A DNA stretch of 64,000 nucleotides from Candidatus Enterousia sp. Its GTDB lineage: Bacteria; Pseudomonadota; Alphaproteobacteria; Rs-D84. Under the pieces are notes generated by a model. That model had not been told where the DNA came from. It searched no databases and saw nothing but the letters and a program-made list of their open reading frames with translations. The position numbers and the translations under genes were made by a program. Position 1 is the first letter of the stretch, and each line of letters starts with the position of its first letter. The stretch covers positions 4,523-68,522 of the forward strand of contig JAZRSO010000032.1 in the NCBI GenBank assembly GCA_045651525.1, written 5' to 3'. Below, one piece after another: positions 63,597 to 64,000 of the stretch.

Positions 63597-63619
63597 ATCC
63601 GCCGTATGGCGGGTTTTTT
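63597..63619 (+). terminator. Orphan plus-strand rho-independent terminator
   Basis: ATCCGCC-GTAT-GGCGGGT hairpin followed by T6; no annotated plus-strand gene ends here. Confidence 0.55.
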
Positions 63620-63620
63620 A

Positions 63621-63649
63621 TTGACTTTTATTATATATAAGAATAGAAT
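63621..63649 (+). promoter_or_regulatory. Candidate sigma70-type promoter for the thrS leader
   Basis: TTGACT (63621-63626), 17-nt spacer, TAGAAT (63644-63649). Confidence 0.4.
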
Positions 63650-63656
63650 AAGAGGC

Positions 63657-63713
63657 ATGAAATTATTTAATTTGTTCTTTACTACAACAACTACAACCCC
63701 TTTGGGGGTGTAA
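63657..63713 (+). promoter_or_regulatory. Thr-rich leader peptide ORF (MKLFNLFFTTTTTTPLGV) upstream of thrS
   Basis: Six consecutive Thr codons ACT ACA ACA ACT ACA ACC at 63681-63698. Hairpin ACAACCCC-TTT-GGGGGTGT overlaps the ORF end. Confidence 0.5.
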
Positions 63714-63791
63714 TTTCTATTGCGATAAATCGCACAAGTTTCTATAATTAATCTGTTTGAAAAAATAAATAAAAAGTAAAGGTATTTTATT

Positions 63792-64000
63792 ATGTCTTAT
63801 GATATTGAAATAATTCGTCATTCGTTGGCACACGTAATGGCGGCGGCAGTTAAAAAATTGCACCCTGATGTTAAATTCGCAGGGGGACCAGCAATTGAAA
63901 ACGGATTCTATTATGACTTTGATACAGAATATCGCTTTTCCGAAGATGATTTTGCAAAAATTGAAAAGGAAATGCGCGATTTAATCAAGTCTAATGGTCG
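63792..64000 (+). CDS. thrS: Threonine--tRNA ligase, 5' partial (runs off the window)
   Basis: [23 protein letters not shown]...[13 protein letters not shown] matches the ThrS second-additional-domain HxxxH region; AAAGG SD 9 nt upstream. Confidence 0.8.
   Translation, partial: MSYDIEIIRHSLAHVMAAAVKKLHPDVKFAGGPAIENGFYYDFDTEYRFSEDDFAKIEKEMRDLIKSNG

Overview
AT-rich (about 40% G+C by eye, not computed), gene-dense chromosomal segment. All calls rest on motif recognition in the supplied translations and on reading the DNA; no database search was run. The gene complement looks alphaproteobacterial: alpha-type addB, Ros/MucR regulator, DUF721/DciA-like protein, RHH_4 protein, secB, and MutL carrying the DQHA..E endonuclease motif. 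Most of the window is housekeeping: lpoA-like/rsmI/engB/addB, xth, an acyl-CoA ligase, mnmE, ruvA, yebC, ruvC, mltA, secB, recA, typA, serS, trxB, xerD, lptG, greA, mutL, yajC-secD-secF, ftsK, rarA, a ybeY-lnt fusion, trmB, gltX and the thrS 5' end. Accessory blocks are: (1) a surface-glycan island of seven transferase-type genes between recA and typA, with a Stealth-family gene and two beta-barrel OMP genes further on; (2) two adjacent secreted Cys-rich proteins, followed by a DUF559 gene bracketed by two near-identical ~166-bp GC-rich direct repeats; (3) a MucR-like gene translationally coupled to a membrane-anchored GH24-lysozyme/TPR protein; (4) a tightly coupled four-gene minus-strand operon (2-TM protein, degenerate HNH-like protein, SUKH/SMI1-like protein, RHH_4 protein), my best candidate for an undescribed conflict or toxin-immunity module. 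Structure not explained by genes: (a) a modular ~100-bp palindromic repeat family (about 10 units at 5 loci). Each locus starts exactly at the stop codon of a plus-strand gene, all units share one orientation, the 22-nt loop is conserved, and the GC-rich inner stems are variable but covary. (b) An 18-codon leader ORF with six consecutive Thr codons just upstream of thrS. No rRNA, tRNA, CRISPR array, transposase or phage integrase gene was recognised.
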